Notes: a model not told the origin generated them from the sequence alone. Counted from the first letter of the stretch, positions 51,001 through 64,000 are shown. The stretch: 64,000 nucleotides of DNA from Camelus dromedarius (GCF_036321535.1 NC_087437.1:83950001-84014000); one strand, 5' to 3'. Numbers and translations: made by a program.

Positions 51001-52394
51001 TACAGTCAAGAAGTGGTGACAGTGATATGAAATTAACAGTGAATAATACCTTCTGATTAGATTGTCAGGACCGTTTCAATTCCTTGCCCCTGTCCTCCTG
51101 TATTTATTCTCTTTATATTTTGAGTTTTAAAACTATTATGAACTTTAACATTACAATGTCCCACAATGGCATTGTTGTACTTCAGTTGGAACCTGTAATT
51201 TCTCTATTGGTTTATGTATTTTCCCAAAGCAGATCTTAGCATCTGATGATTCTAAACTCTAAATTATGTATCTATAAACTGAGACTTGGAAATCTGGCTC
51301 TTGGGTTCTTTGCATACAAGAGTAGATCATCTTCAGAACAATTTTCTACAAGTCTTCCATTTGAGTCTCTTCGCTGGCAAACCAAACACGATCTGCTGAT
51401 CACCTGTCCACTTGGATTATAACCAACAGTTCTTTCCAGCTTCCATGTGTATGGCTTCTTGGGTTCTGTATTGTGTTGTATCCATCCTGTCATTCCTTTC
51501 CTCCTCTTGCACTGGGAGGCTTTATCTCCATGGACCTCTAGTAATCATCACAGACCTAGAGGTTTCTGCACCCAATTATCTCATTTTCCCCAATCACCAC
51601 CTGCTTCCATTTGTCCTGAAGGAGTTTGTGGATGAATTTCAGACACTGCGCATTAGGGATAACCTGGATTATTACAGAATTTTGTTTCATGGGGGCATAA
51701 ATTATTTTAAAAAACCATTCATGTATAATGATAAGTATAAAAAAGGAGCACAAAGTTAAAAGGTTGAATAGTAATCTAGTTATCAGTTAAATCCAAGGGG
51801 TGTATCTAAGAAAAGTAAATGGAAAAAAAATAACTATAAAATAACTTTCAGGAAAATTTTGTTACTTCATTATCACAATAACTATAATTTTAATGAGTAT
51901 TGAAGTAGCTTTCATCATAGAATTAAAAGCAAATACATTCTTTCATATTATGTTAAAATATCTATGTGTTTAGTTTACACAGGTGGGCAAAACAGAACTG
52001 ACTTATAGGTCTTACTGTTTCTTTATAATTGAACTTTTACAAGAACTGTGTGGATGGAGAGTGCTGTAAACATGATCATCTCCAGGAGTTCTATACGTGA
52101 CATCAAGGATTTTGTTGATCTTTTGGGAAGATAAATTAACCTTTCAGAAAATCATAATGAGAGTGACAGTACCACAGTGGCCTTTCTTTGATCACTTTTT
52201 CTTTTCTTTTCTTTTCTTTTTTATCTGTCCTAAGAGGGCAACCTGAGGTACCATTTGAGTTTACAACATATATGTGATGCAATGTTGTTTTAGGTATTAT
52301 AATTTCATATTATATTGAATTACTTAAAATATATTAATAAGTCAAATAGTATCTAGAGGTGAACATAGTCTTTTTAGAGTTTACCTAGTATATA

Positions 52395-52510
52395 TATCTC
52401 TTTCACTTTATAGATAAAACAGCTGAGGACTGGCATGTTTATTCTTATTTTCCAGGATCACACAGCTAAATAAGAACATATAGCATCTGAGCTATTCCTG
52501 TCTTTTGGCA
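52395..52510 (-). mobile_element. MIR core fragment
   Basis: 'cactttatagataaaacagctgaggact...ccaggatcacacagcta'. Confidence 0.55.
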
Positions 52511-53464
52511 TCCATCAAGAATCTGTTTGTCTAGATTATAAACATTTTTAATTAACTTAAAGCCTTACTGAAAACCTCCCAAAGCATTTGTGGTATTCCC
52601 ATTTCTCCTATCTTTCTCCAATTCTTAATACTACTTATGAAATAAAACTAGAAAAAAAAAGATTTCATAGTACAATTGGCATTTTAGCTTAAAAATGTGA
52701 ATAATTCTCATATGGGTAAAGAAATATGAAGCTAAAGATAAGTAGATAAATTTACTAGGCCATTCCAATATCTAGACGCCTGAATCTGAATGACAAAATA
52801 TATTTTATAGCATCAAGGTTTGGATTATAATACTACACTCTTAAGGGGACTATCAAAATACATGACATACAACATTTTAGAAAATGCAGAAACCTCTGAA
52901 AAGATGCCTTATTTGTGAGTCTTTTCCTTCTGGTTAGAACACTTATTATTTATTCCCCCTGGATTGGTGTTCCTGGGGGAGTGCACAATGCAATGCATAT
53001 GAGTACATCTGATCATAAGGTATTTGTATTTTACACTTGTTTAATGTTAGAAAATAAAACTTGTCAGTTGTCAGTACTGATTTTTTAAATTCAGCAAACC
53101 TCTCGTGATTTTGGCTCAATTATTAGGTAATTTTTCATCTGTCTGTTTTGGTTTATGTAAAACAGCTAACTAGTTTAAAAAATATTTTTTCTGTATCTGG
53201 AGGGAAGTGTATTCAATGGAACTTAGTCATTCATTGTAATACTAAATCATTTTTAAAGCAATTATAAAACATAAAATTCTAAAAGATGTTTGAAAATCAT
53301 TAATTATATATTATATATAACCAATTAGCTATATATTTAAGCAAGAAAATTTTTATAAGCATTCTTAATGTAGAACCAGTTCTAATAGTTCTGAATTTCA
53401 TGAAATAGCATTACGATTATGTTATAACTTAAAATTTTATACAGACTTATAGAAAGATAAAAAT

Positions 53465-53792
53465 GATGGTGGAAAGAACATAGGACATGAAATAGGAACC
53501 CCGGCTTCAAAACTGGCCCTGGCACTTTTCAGTGTGAACCTTAGTTTTCTCAACTGTGAAATGGGAACAACAAACATCTCATAGGGTTGTTAAAAGATTA
53601 AAGGACATAATATTTGCTAAAGTTTTTTTTTTTTTGTCTTTAATGCTCTAAACCCTTTATGCATAGAAAGTTTAGTTTTCTCATCTGTGAAATGGGAACA
53701 ACAAACATTTCATATGGTTGTTAAAAGATTAAAGGACATGATATTTGCTAAAGCTTTTTTTTAATGCTCTAATCCCCCTGTGCATATAAAGT
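53465..53792 (+). mobile_element. MIR SINE with tandemly duplicated 3' half
   Basis: MIR head 'gtggaaagaacataggac', then two copies of 'ttagttttctca(a/t)ctgtgaaatgggaacaacaaacat...aaagt' (53541-53671 and 53672-53792). Confidence 0.85.
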
Positions 53793-55369
53793 TATACCAG
53801 TAATAAAACTTGGCTAATGTTATCCTCTTCCCTGGTTTTCAAAGCCACTTTTAAGAAATATTATACTCATATAAAATTCATTATATGATCTCTAAGCTAT
53901 GTATCTCCTATATTCCACCTTTGATTTTAATTCTTCCCTTTGTATTACTCCTTCTCTTCATATAAGTTTTTGGACAGAGTGGAAGACACTTATTGTTTAA
54001 AATTCTTTTACAGAGACCAGTGAAGATATACAAAAGCCATCTCATTTGGGAGGGGCAAGAAATTTAGTATGTAGTTTCTCTAATATTATAATGCACTGAC
54101 TGTTTGCCATGAAATTAATAAATTCAATAGGCATGTAGTTGTGCATTTTTTTCTATTCCTTATTTTGTTTACATAAACTTTGTATTGTGCAACCCCTTTG
54201 TATTGTGCAACTTTGATGATAGGCAAAAAACGAAGCGGAAAGGGAACAGTTTGCTATATCATGGTGTCAGTTGCTTAGATGGCAACATGTATTATTTTGT
54301 AAAAAAGTCTGAATCTACAGGTTTCATTCACAACATCTATGAAAGATCATTAGAATTGTAGTTAATTCTTTGTATCTGCAAGCTCCTACACAGAGAACTC
54401 TTCCCTCCTTGGAGGAGTAAAATCAATGTGATTCATACTGACTTATCTATTTCTACCATGTAGGCATGCAACCAGAATTCAAAAGTACTCTGATTTTTGA
54501 AGTAATTATTTTAGTCACTATAGGATGCTTTGGATATATGGGATAATTTTCTTTGAGCATACAATGAAACAGCTCTTATGAAGAAGCAACTAGTGATAAA
54601 GACTTAAAGAATATTTTTTTTGTGTATGTGGTATTGGTCACCAGTGCATGCCAGTAAGTTTGATTTAGGGTTTCAAACTTGTCACATCAACTTCCACCAC
54701 CACCTAGTTTTGACCATCTTCTAAGTTAACTTCTGTTTTCCCTTGCACCCCTAGCACCTACTTAATATCTATTTAATTTATTTCTTCTACTCAATTTATT
54801 TCTTCCCTCCAACTTTTCACAAACACTTTAGAATTTATTATTCTCTTACTTATAAAAAATAAGTTATTTTTGCCTCATATTTGAGCTTGTGATTCAGCAT
54901 GAAGGTTTTCAGTGCATATGGGGAGCCTCAGATTTTCAGCTCTTATATTCTGAATCAAGCAGTACACCTCAGCATGAAATAAAGACCCACTGTTGGAAAG
55001 CATAATTCATTAGTTGCAAACCTTATTACAGTCTCTAGTGACTCAAGACCCACTAATTGTCCTTCCAAATTATGAATTCTAACATTCCATAACTTCTATG
55101 TACAAGCCTAGTTAGATAAAAGGAGAAACAATACTATGGAATAAGATCAATCACTACATTTTCATTGTTGTTATGTTATTTAAATGACTGAGCATTAGAG
55201 GAAACTAATGGGTGTCAAAAAGGAATATTATCATACACAAATATAGATTAAATTGGTAGTTTCCACTGTATATAATATACAGTATATTTGGAATATCATA
55301 AAGATGACTATTAAAGCTAAAGGAAGAGACGGTGATGCAACTACGCATGTGTAAAGTTTTAGATAATCC

Positions 55370-58300
55370 TTTATTTCCATTTACTTAGATACAGAAAGTC
55401 AGGAAAGATCACTCTTACTGTAACAATGACAAAACAAAATATGAAGTCACATTTTCAATATGTGTATTTAAAGTCACTGAAGTTTGTCAGTGTATAAAAA
55501 GATCCAAATAAACTAATCTCTGAAAGGAAAAAAGCCTTTTCAAGGTTAGTGTAACCAGTGGTCATTTCCATCCCCAGGGTAACTTAGCTAGCTTGCATGG
55601 CTGCTGGAGAAACAAGTTCGCCAAAGACAGAAACTTTTCTCAACAACGGAGAAACTTTTTGTTTTCCACTGGAGTAAATAAACACATTTTGACAGCCACG
55701 TATGAGCTGACACGGCTTATAACGAAATTTAGGAGAGCCTATAAACCAAGCTAGATCTTCTTGCCTGTCAGTTTTCCTATGGAACATTTTGCTGAGCAAG
55801 TGGCAATGTAAGAAGCTGAGAAAAGAACTGGAAAACAAAGAGAGATTCCCTAGTCTTTCAGTCCCCAGATGCCATAGTCCTGTTGAGGGAATACGAGATT
55901 CCACTTCAAAACTTATGAAATCATAGATGGGCTGAAGTTTACTAAAAATGCAATATGGCCCCTATCTAGTTTAATTATTAAAAAGAACAGTGAATTCACT
56001 CCTCAGACTGGCTGCCAGACAGAAAATAATTGGTCCATTCAAGAATAATATATTTGAAACAAGATGTTTTGAATACAATTAAAAATGACAAGATAGAGAA
56101 AGCAGGAAAAATTGACTCGTAATCAAGAGAGAAAAGTCAATACAAGCACACCACAGATACTCCAGCTATTCATGTTTTCAAACAAATGTTTAAAAAGAGC
56201 ACTAGAAATATATAAAAAATTTAGAATGAAAATGGATAACATGGGTAAAAAGTATTTAGGTGGAAACACTGAGAGAGAGAGAGAGTCAAATGGAAATGCT
56301 AGAACTAAAAATATACTATATAAAATGAAGATTTATTGGATCTGAAAGTAGACTGGACCCAAGAAAGCAAAGACTTGTGAAATTAAAGAAGGATCATGGA
56401 AGGATCACAGCACATCGTAGAGACGATGACAATGATGATGACAATATTCGAAGCACAGCATTTGAGACCTGTGGAACAATACCATCTACTCTAAGTGTAG
56501 CTGAAGACAAGTAAAAGAGCAAGAACTGAGCAGAAGAAATATCAGATATAATAGTAAAAACTTTTCAAAGTTTATGAACGTTTTTAGCCATAGATCCAAG
56601 AAATTTCATAACCCCTACACAGGAAAACATAAAGAAAACCCACACCTAAGCATAATCTTAGTCAAACTGCTGAAAACTAGTAATAGAAGGGAAAATCCTG
56701 AAAACTGTCAACCCATCACCTACAGGGGAAACAATAATAATTTGGTTGGTTTCACATCAGAAAATGTTGAAGGTAGGACATAAAGGAATGGTATCCTCAA
56801 AGTACTGAAAGGAAAAAAAAAAGCCAACATGGAATTATGTAACTAAGAATTTATCTCTTTCAAATGAAGATGAAACAAGTCATTTTCAAATGAAAAAATT
56901 CTGAGTTTGTCAACAACATCACACACTCTGAGAACTGTCAAAGGAAGTGCCTCAAGCTGAAGGCAAGTAATCCTCCCAGATGGAAACACAGATCTTTAGG
57001 AAAGAGTCAAGAGTTCTGGAAAGAAAACCATTATTTTTTTTCTTTAAAAAATTAATGACTATTTAAAATAAAATACGACAATTCACTGTAGGGTCTATAA
57101 AATATATACAGCAAAAAATATATGGCAACAATTAAGCAAGGACTAGGCAGAACTTATACTGCTGAATGATTATTACATTGCTTGTGTGGTGGTACAGTAT
57201 TATTTCAACACGGGTTGTAGTAAGTTAATGAATCATTGGTAATCTCTGCAACCACTTAAAAAATAAAAAGAAATCTCAAATGTCAGTAAAGGAGATAAAA
57301 ATAAAATAAAAGAAATATGATTAATCCCAAAAAGGCAGGAATTGAAAAGAAACAAAGAATAAATACAAAAACAGCAAACAGTATGAAAGCAGGCTTAAAC
57401 CCAATGAAATCTAGTTATATTATATATGTTTAAATACTCCATTGAAAGCCCAAGATTATCAGACTTCATAAAAATAGAATACTCAACCATTTGATAGTTG
57501 TAGGTGACTCACTTTAAATGTAAGGAGATAGTTTAAAAGTAGAAGAATGAAAAGAGAAATAATATACAAATTAATCAAAAGAAGCTTGTGTGGTTATATT
57601 TATATAAAGAAAAGCAGACTAAAGATTATTAATTAACAGAAATAAAGCAAGGAAGTTCTATATAATAAAAGGGCTGATTCATCAGGAAGATAGGTGATCA
57701 CAAATATGTGTGTAACTAATAACATTAGTTCAAAATTCATGAAGCAAAAATTGACAGAACTAAAACAGCAAACAGACAACCATCATAGTTGGAGATGTGA
57801 ATTCACCTCACTAAGTGATTGAAAGAACAAGCAGAGAAAAAAGCAATAAGATACTGAAGACATGAAGAATCTGCAACAAGCTTGACCTCGTCAATATTTA
57901 TAAAGCACTGCAGCAAACAAGTGCAGGATGCACATACGTTTCCAGTGTATATGGAACATTCAGTGGACCATAAAGCAAACCTCAACACATTTAAAAGGAT
58001 TGCAATCATACAGAATTTTTTATCTGACCACAATGGAATTTAACTAATAGAAATAACAAAAAAATTCTCTAATATTTTAAAAGTAAACAACCACTTCTAA
58101 AAATTTCATAAGCCAAAAAAAAAAAAAACCCAAATCACAATTGAAATCAGAAAACATTTAAATACTGCCTCCAAAACCAAGAGAGCCAACTCCTGTTTCT
58201 CGGAAGAACTCTGTTTAATACAACTCAAAATCATTAAGGCGTTAATTCTCCCCGAGTTGATTTATAGGTCCAACCCATTCCCATTCAAAACTGCAGTGAG

Positions 58301-58640
58301 GTATGTTTCTATTTTGCAGAAACTGATAAGCTTATTTTAAACTAGGTATAAAAATACAAAGGACCTAGACTAGCGAAGCCAATCTCAAAAAAAAAAAAAA
58401 AAAGGTTATAGAAACATTCCATACGATTTCAAAATTTATAATAAAGATACGGTAATAAAGTCAGTGTGGGCATGCACATAAGGAAAGACAAATCAATGAA
58501 AGAGAGTCCAAATACAATCTAGTCACTTGACTATTTAGTTTTCTTTGATGTTGCCATTGCAATTCAAAAAGGGAAAGGAAACTTTTTTCACTAAATGGTG
58601 CTGGAGCAACTTGATATCTGTATTATATTAAAAGAAAAAA
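55370..58640 (+). mobile_element. Old L1 (L1ME-type): 5' region, ORF1, ORF2 fragments with internal gap
   Basis: ORF1-like 'cacacctaagcataatcttagtcaaactgctgaaaact'; ORF2 endonuclease-like 'catcatagttggagat...tctgaccacaatggaattta'; later ORF2 'aaatggtgctggagcaact'. Confidence 0.8.
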
Positions 58641-59137
58641 CCCCAAATCACTGACCCAGAACAGATAGCTATTTCATTTGGCAAAGCATCATCCAAGGGA
58701 TGATTCAGAGTAGAAAGGGCTGTACATGGGCAAGTCTTCAGAGAAATCAGGACAGCCAGAGCTTGAGAAAGACACCCAAGATTGGAGAGGAACTTAGGAT
58801 AATGAGAGCACTTCAAACACATATTTGAAGATGTGCTTAGAATCATCTGTTTTAACCACTTTATCCCAGAGAAAAGTGTTTTGGGTTGTTAGAGTTCCTA
58901 TCTTCAGAAAATAGACATGATATTCTGTCACCACTTTCATATTTCAGCATGGAGAAAAGGAATAGAAGAAATATTTTTCTAGCTTTGGCACTTCAGCATC
59001 CAGGCTTGCAAAGGCAACCAACTCACTAGAGTTGTAAAGGCAGGTGGAGCCATGTACCTGAGACCACCTCTCTTTTCTTCTAGTTTACTCATCAGGTTGA
59101 TCAACCTGTCTCCAGGGGAAAAGGGATAGTCAGAGAC

Positions 59138-59143
<6 letters not shown>

Positions 59144-59188
<45 letters not shown>
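59144..59188. repeat. (TG)22 perfect microsatellite
   Basis: Read directly from the sequence. Confidence 0.95.
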
Positions 59189-59192
<4 letters not shown>

Positions 59193-59989
59193 AGACACTT
59201 TACAAGAAAAATATCAAGGTTAGCAACACATGGAAAAAAGATTTTTGTAACGATCCTGGGATTAGACAGATGGATCTTAGAGAGAGACTGACAGAAAGTT
59301 GCTACTTCGGCTATTTCAAGGAGAAACAAAGAATCAATAAATATTTTTGGAATAATTTTTATGTTTAAAACACTTCATGGACACTTTGGAGGACCAAAAA
59401 GATATAGTTATAATCTAGTTGCAAGAGAATACATAAAAAAATACATCTGTTGAGGATTAGTATTTGTTGAGGACTTAACTAATTTTAAGATGGAAGACCG
59501 TGTCAGCACAGCCTTTTCTTTGAGATACGCGACTTCAAATTTACTGATACTAGCAGTAATAACCAGCGTGATGTGATCAGGCTTCTATTTTTAATTGAGT
59601 GTCAATTTTTGGGGCAACAGTGATTACCAAATTGTACATGCTGCTCTCAAATTTCCACAGGAACAAATCAACAATGCTCACATTGGTCCTTCACACTACC
59701 CAAGATTCATGTATATTTCACAAAGCTCATTTTCGTCTCAGCATCTTCTTTCTCAAACATTTCAATCGTTTTATTATAAATTCTATCATATTTGAGATCA
59801 GGTGGTCAGTTGTGGCTTGCTCTTTCTAAATTGAAAGGGCTTTTCCTTTTCAAGTTACATGCGTTTATTAACAGCTTTCATGATACTCATTGACTGCTAG
59901 CAAACTGTGAGAAAGCATTCTCTTTAGTGAATAAACTTCTTTGAGTTGGGTTTTCTGACATTTGCAACATGAACACTTCAAAGGAATAG

Positions 59990-60160
59990 GATACAGTATT
60001 GAAAAGATAAGGTGGGATAGATTTTATAGTCTTCAGAGCTGAGCGGGGTGGGGATTAAGAAGTTTGGCTTTCTCCTAAAAAAAGAGTCACTAGTCTTTTG
60101 ACCAGGAAAATTACATGATCCTGCTTGTTTTCTGAAGATTTATTAATGGCTTTTTGGATT
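59990..60160 (-). mobile_element. L2 fragment
   Basis: 'ttaagaagtttggctttctccta...gagtcactag...aggaaaattacatgatc...gaagattta'. Confidence 0.45.
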
Positions 60161-61039
60161 AAATCATGGTTTTCAAAAGGGTAGTGTGAAGTTATTCTTT
60201 GACAGTTCAATGTCTTATGATGGCTACTGTAAACAGTTAAGCCAATTACTTTTTAAAAATGCCCATCTCTGTTTTGTTGTATTGTTTTTAAATTACAAAG
60301 GTGGTTACTGGAAACACTTGTTGGTTCATCAAAAATTTTTTTAGATGTTTACCCCAACAGTTTCATTCTGTCAAAAAGTGTTCATTGATTATACAGAAAA
60401 AGTATTACTGAAATTATACTAAAATTTATCATCTAATTAGTGAAGTAGTTTTGGGAATAAAGACATAAAAAAAGATAATTAAATACATAAGAAGTACTTG
60501 AATACGTTTCCAACAAAATAGCAATTTAAAAATTAATTTAGTACCTGTTTTCAGTGTATAAATAACTTAGATATTTGAATTACATCATAAAAATACTTTC
60601 TAAGTATAATAAGCAATTTTCCTAATGGAGTTTTGCTTTTTCTCACTAGATAGAAATACTTAATACTACTAAATAATTGGTATTTAGTTTTTGAAGTTAC
60701 TGTATTAGTTTAATGATTAATACCTTTGAATCTCTGAAAAAAATTCTTGTACAATATCGTACCAATCTTACAGACTGAAACATGGTTAAAACAAGAAGTC
60801 ATATTGCTAAATACACAGGTGAGTGACCTGTATTACCCGACAAACATCAGGTTCATAGCATAATAAGTGAAAAATTGAATATACAGAATGAATTTTTTGC
60901 CAGTGTCTTAAAAGCACACCATTATGTCATCTAAGATATGTATATCAGAGCTTTCATTTATTTAATAAATATTGATTGATCATGTCAAGATTAACAGGAA
61001 GAAAGATATGAGTAGCTTGATAAGAACAACAGATTAAAA

Positions 61040-61280
61040 TGACTAACAGTTAAGAGACTCTGGAGCCAGACTCCCTGTGTTTGAAACCTGGTCCAAGACT
61101 TACAAGTTGTTTGATCATGACAGACAAGGTATTTGTTCTTTCTCTGCCTCAGTTCCCTTATCTATAATATGAGGAAAATAACAAGTCTTTCATAGTGTTG
61201 TTGTGAGAAATAAATGAATTTATATTTTCAAACCATTTTGCACATTGTCTGATGCATAGTGAATGCTATGTGTTTGTAAA
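61040..61280 (+). mobile_element. MIR SINE
   Basis: 'gactctggagccagactccctgtgtttgaaacctgg...tctctgcctcagttcccttatctataatatgagg...gttgttgtgagaaataaatgaa'. Confidence 0.85.
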
Positions 61281-64000
61281 ATTAAATAAACTGACTAAAA
61301 TTAAATAATCAACAATCAAAAGAATAATAAGTATGTCTAGTTAGTCAACATGCTGAATTTTCTGGGTTGTGGGATTATTAGGGAAAATAGAAAATAGTTA
61401 AAGTTAAAACTTGCTTTCTAGCTAGCATCTGTCATTTCTATTTTTAAAAAAATACTCTGCCAAGATCGGATTATCTAAAAGTAGCAGAAGAAGATACACA
61501 AGTGGTCACTGCCAAGACCAGAGGCTGTTGTAGGCTTGCTATTTGGATACACAGAAGCTAGAAACTAGAATCTCAAAGTCTGGGGAGGACAGTTTAACTC
61601 ACAGGCATTAATTTTGAATGGCTTCAAGAAGCACTGAGTTTTCAGTGGATCCTGATGAAAGGAAACACATAATTTCAGGGCTCTCCCAGGATGGAATCTC
61701 ACTGAGACAAGTTCTAAATGCCAGGGAAGATATGCAGATGGCACTGCTCTTTTGTTTTTGTTTTCTCTTGTCATGCCTTGAGAGTGTAAGGTCTTGCTTC
61801 AAGCCTATTACCATGTAGCCCTCAATTCTAAACCAACTTTAGCTGTTTCAAGTGCCTTCTTGCCCTGAATCCTGTCTCCTCCAGGATTGGCCGAGCTAAC
61901 CCAAATTCACTGCAGAGTATATCTAATAAAACTGACTCTGGGCTGGGGCTAGATATCTCCTGGTATTTGGAAGGTATCAAAAGCTCTAGTCACATTCCTA
62001 CCAATTAATTGATGTACCATCACGAACGTGTCCCTGATTTACCAAAGTTGATCCACTGTCCACCAAGTATGTGTGGAAGTATGTTCATATTTGGTGGGAG
62101 GAAAGTGAAAGTGATCATCTGTACAGCAGGGACACTTTGTTGGAGTGACTGAAGTGGGGTGTGAGCAATGTCTTATATGAAAGTCAAGAGTAATGCACAA
62201 AATTACTGTCTTTACCCAGGATACTCACATACTTTTTGTCTTCATTCAAGTTACAATTATTATTGGAATTCATAGTGCTTTTTCATCCAGACAGATATAG
62301 TGAAGCTTGAAGTACTACAGTAACTGTTTTTGTATTGGTGTTAAGCCATTTCAAGATCTGAGGAACTCAGTTTGATTTCTCTCCATTTATTTTAGATTTT
62401 TTTTTGTAATAAAAGGCTATTATGATAAAGGGAATAATAAAGGAAAATATTAAAGAGTGAATTCATATCTAATCTTCTTGAAAGTTATGAATGTTTGTTT
62501 ATTCTTAGTTTCAACTCCTGAGGTTTAATTTGCTTTGAAATATTTCTTTGAACATTCAGAGTGCAAAATATTGCATACAAATAATGGAATCCTAACTTTA
62601 CTATTATACTGTCGTAATGAAACAGGTGGCTAATAAATTAACCAACGGTATGCAATTTATTATTAACTAGGTTCAGTTCAACAATGCTATTCCCTAAAGG
62701 CCATGTGTTTCTCATGAAATATGTTAAATGAAAAACTTCTTTTCTAACCTAGGCATAACCTTAGAAAAGTCTAGTGATAATTGCTATTCTGGGTTTCAAG
62801 GAAACCATATGTGATTTGTCAATTTATTAAGAGAAAAAAATTTCCCAAAATAAATTTTCCCTTAAAGTAGAAAAAATATAAAACCATATACATAATTATG
62901 TAACAAAATTATCAAGTCATACAAATATATTTTACATAATAGGCTTTGTCTTCTCTGATCACCTTATAAAGTCTCTAATGCTGATAGACACTTGGTGCTC
63001 TTAAAACTTCCTTTCAGATAAAAATAAATGTCTATTCTTCTCAAATGGCTGCTTCAGATCTCCTAGGAAAGATCCTTCTAATTTAAAAGTAAACAATGTC
63101 TCCCTCATTTGTTTCCCTTTGGTCTTGGTTCTAGGCAAAGCAACGCTTTTCAATCCTTGGGGTATATGGCTTCAATCTAAATACGTTTTCTTTTTGTTCT
63201 TTCTTGAGTTTTGAAAGGGATAGCTTACTTAAATGATAAAAGGAATGCTTGTACATGACCATATAGTCCCTGAATAGGAAGACTATGAGGTCTAAAACAC
63301 TCACACACACACACAGGTGCGTGCGCGCACTCTGATCAGCAGTAGAAAACTATCCAGCCAAAGGATAGTTAAGAGGAATTTATGAGAGACTGAAGTGTGG
63401 TAGATTGTACAGTAAGTTTCTCTGTTGATAATAACAGTAAAACTAAATTCTGTAAAATTTTGTTCCAAGAAACAGCTTATTCTGCAAGCATTGAGCGTGC
63501 ATATTCTGTAAGCACTTTTATAAGATTATCAACTGGCAGTGTTTTAAAAATGCATGTTAAATAAAACCACTTCAAAATCAGAAAATTAAGTAGAAAAAAA
63601 ATGCAGTAAGTGATTTTCCCAAGTTAATTAGGAAGACTGCAACAAAGTTAGAATTTAAATTTCAAATTCCTAATCAGATTCTATATATTTATGAGGCGTA
63701 CACGCATGATTTTTTCCCTGACATTAGGAAAAAAATAATAATTACATTTGTATATATTGAGCTTTGGTGAAGAGTGGAATGGTTTAGAAGCAAATCAATC
63801 CAAAAATATCTCAATATATATGTGTGGATTATAATGAATAATGGTTACATTTCTTACTAAATAATAAACACTAGCTAATCTTTATTTTGTCTATGACTAA
63901 CAGAAAATTTGTTTCTTTTTATATATTTGGTAACAAGGATTAAGTCATGCGTTCTTAGCATGTTACAGACAATTTAGACATGTGTCAAGGTTAAAAAAGC

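Noticed and set aside
53541..53792. CRISPR-like or other repeat-spacer array
   Set aside because: Only two adjacent copies with no spacers, in a mammalian MIR; no array seen anywhere in the window.
58979..59329. ORF with a (TH)n repeat
   Set aside because: It is simply the translation of the (TG)22 microsatellite.
63297..63331. (CA)n followed by gtgcgtgcgcgcac as a structured element
   Set aside because: Short compound microsatellite decay; too short to claim a function.
1..64000. Short ORFs (60-120 aa) in the supplied track as host genes
   Set aside because: No recognisable host protein; many start at GTG/TTG, overlap repeats, or have the F/L/I/K-rich composition expected of random AT-rich DNA.

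Overview
AT-rich mammalian genomic DNA, intergenic or deep intronic, most likely from a camelid (alpaca/llama/camel). That assignment rests on a vic-1-type tRNA-Ala SINE and a young L1 family. I cannot support any host protein-coding gene, RNA gene or CRISPR-like array. Every ORF in the track that I recognise is a decayed transposon protein (Tigger1 transposase, L1 ORF1/ORF2); the rest look spurious. The window is a layered transposon record: MIR, L2, L3/CR1, old L1M elements, MaLR/ERVL solo LTRs, hAT MITEs, a near full-length Tigger1 nested in an old L1, and lineage-specific insertions with visible target-site duplications (TSDs). The best-supported unusual object is a young L1 at about 42.7-44.2 kb. 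A single 13-bp TSD encloses it, it lacks most of ORF2 (ORF1 and spacer are fused to the ORF2 tail), and it carries a 43-bp apparent 3' transduction with a second AATAAA/A-tail. Several repeat-free, CpG-retaining blocks are candidate regulatory elements, and a few splice-site-bounded segments are weak candidate exons. I found no evidence for a genuinely new biological system. Repeat subfamily names come from remembered consensus sequences and need RepeatMasker/Dfam confirmation; boundaries of old elements are approximate.
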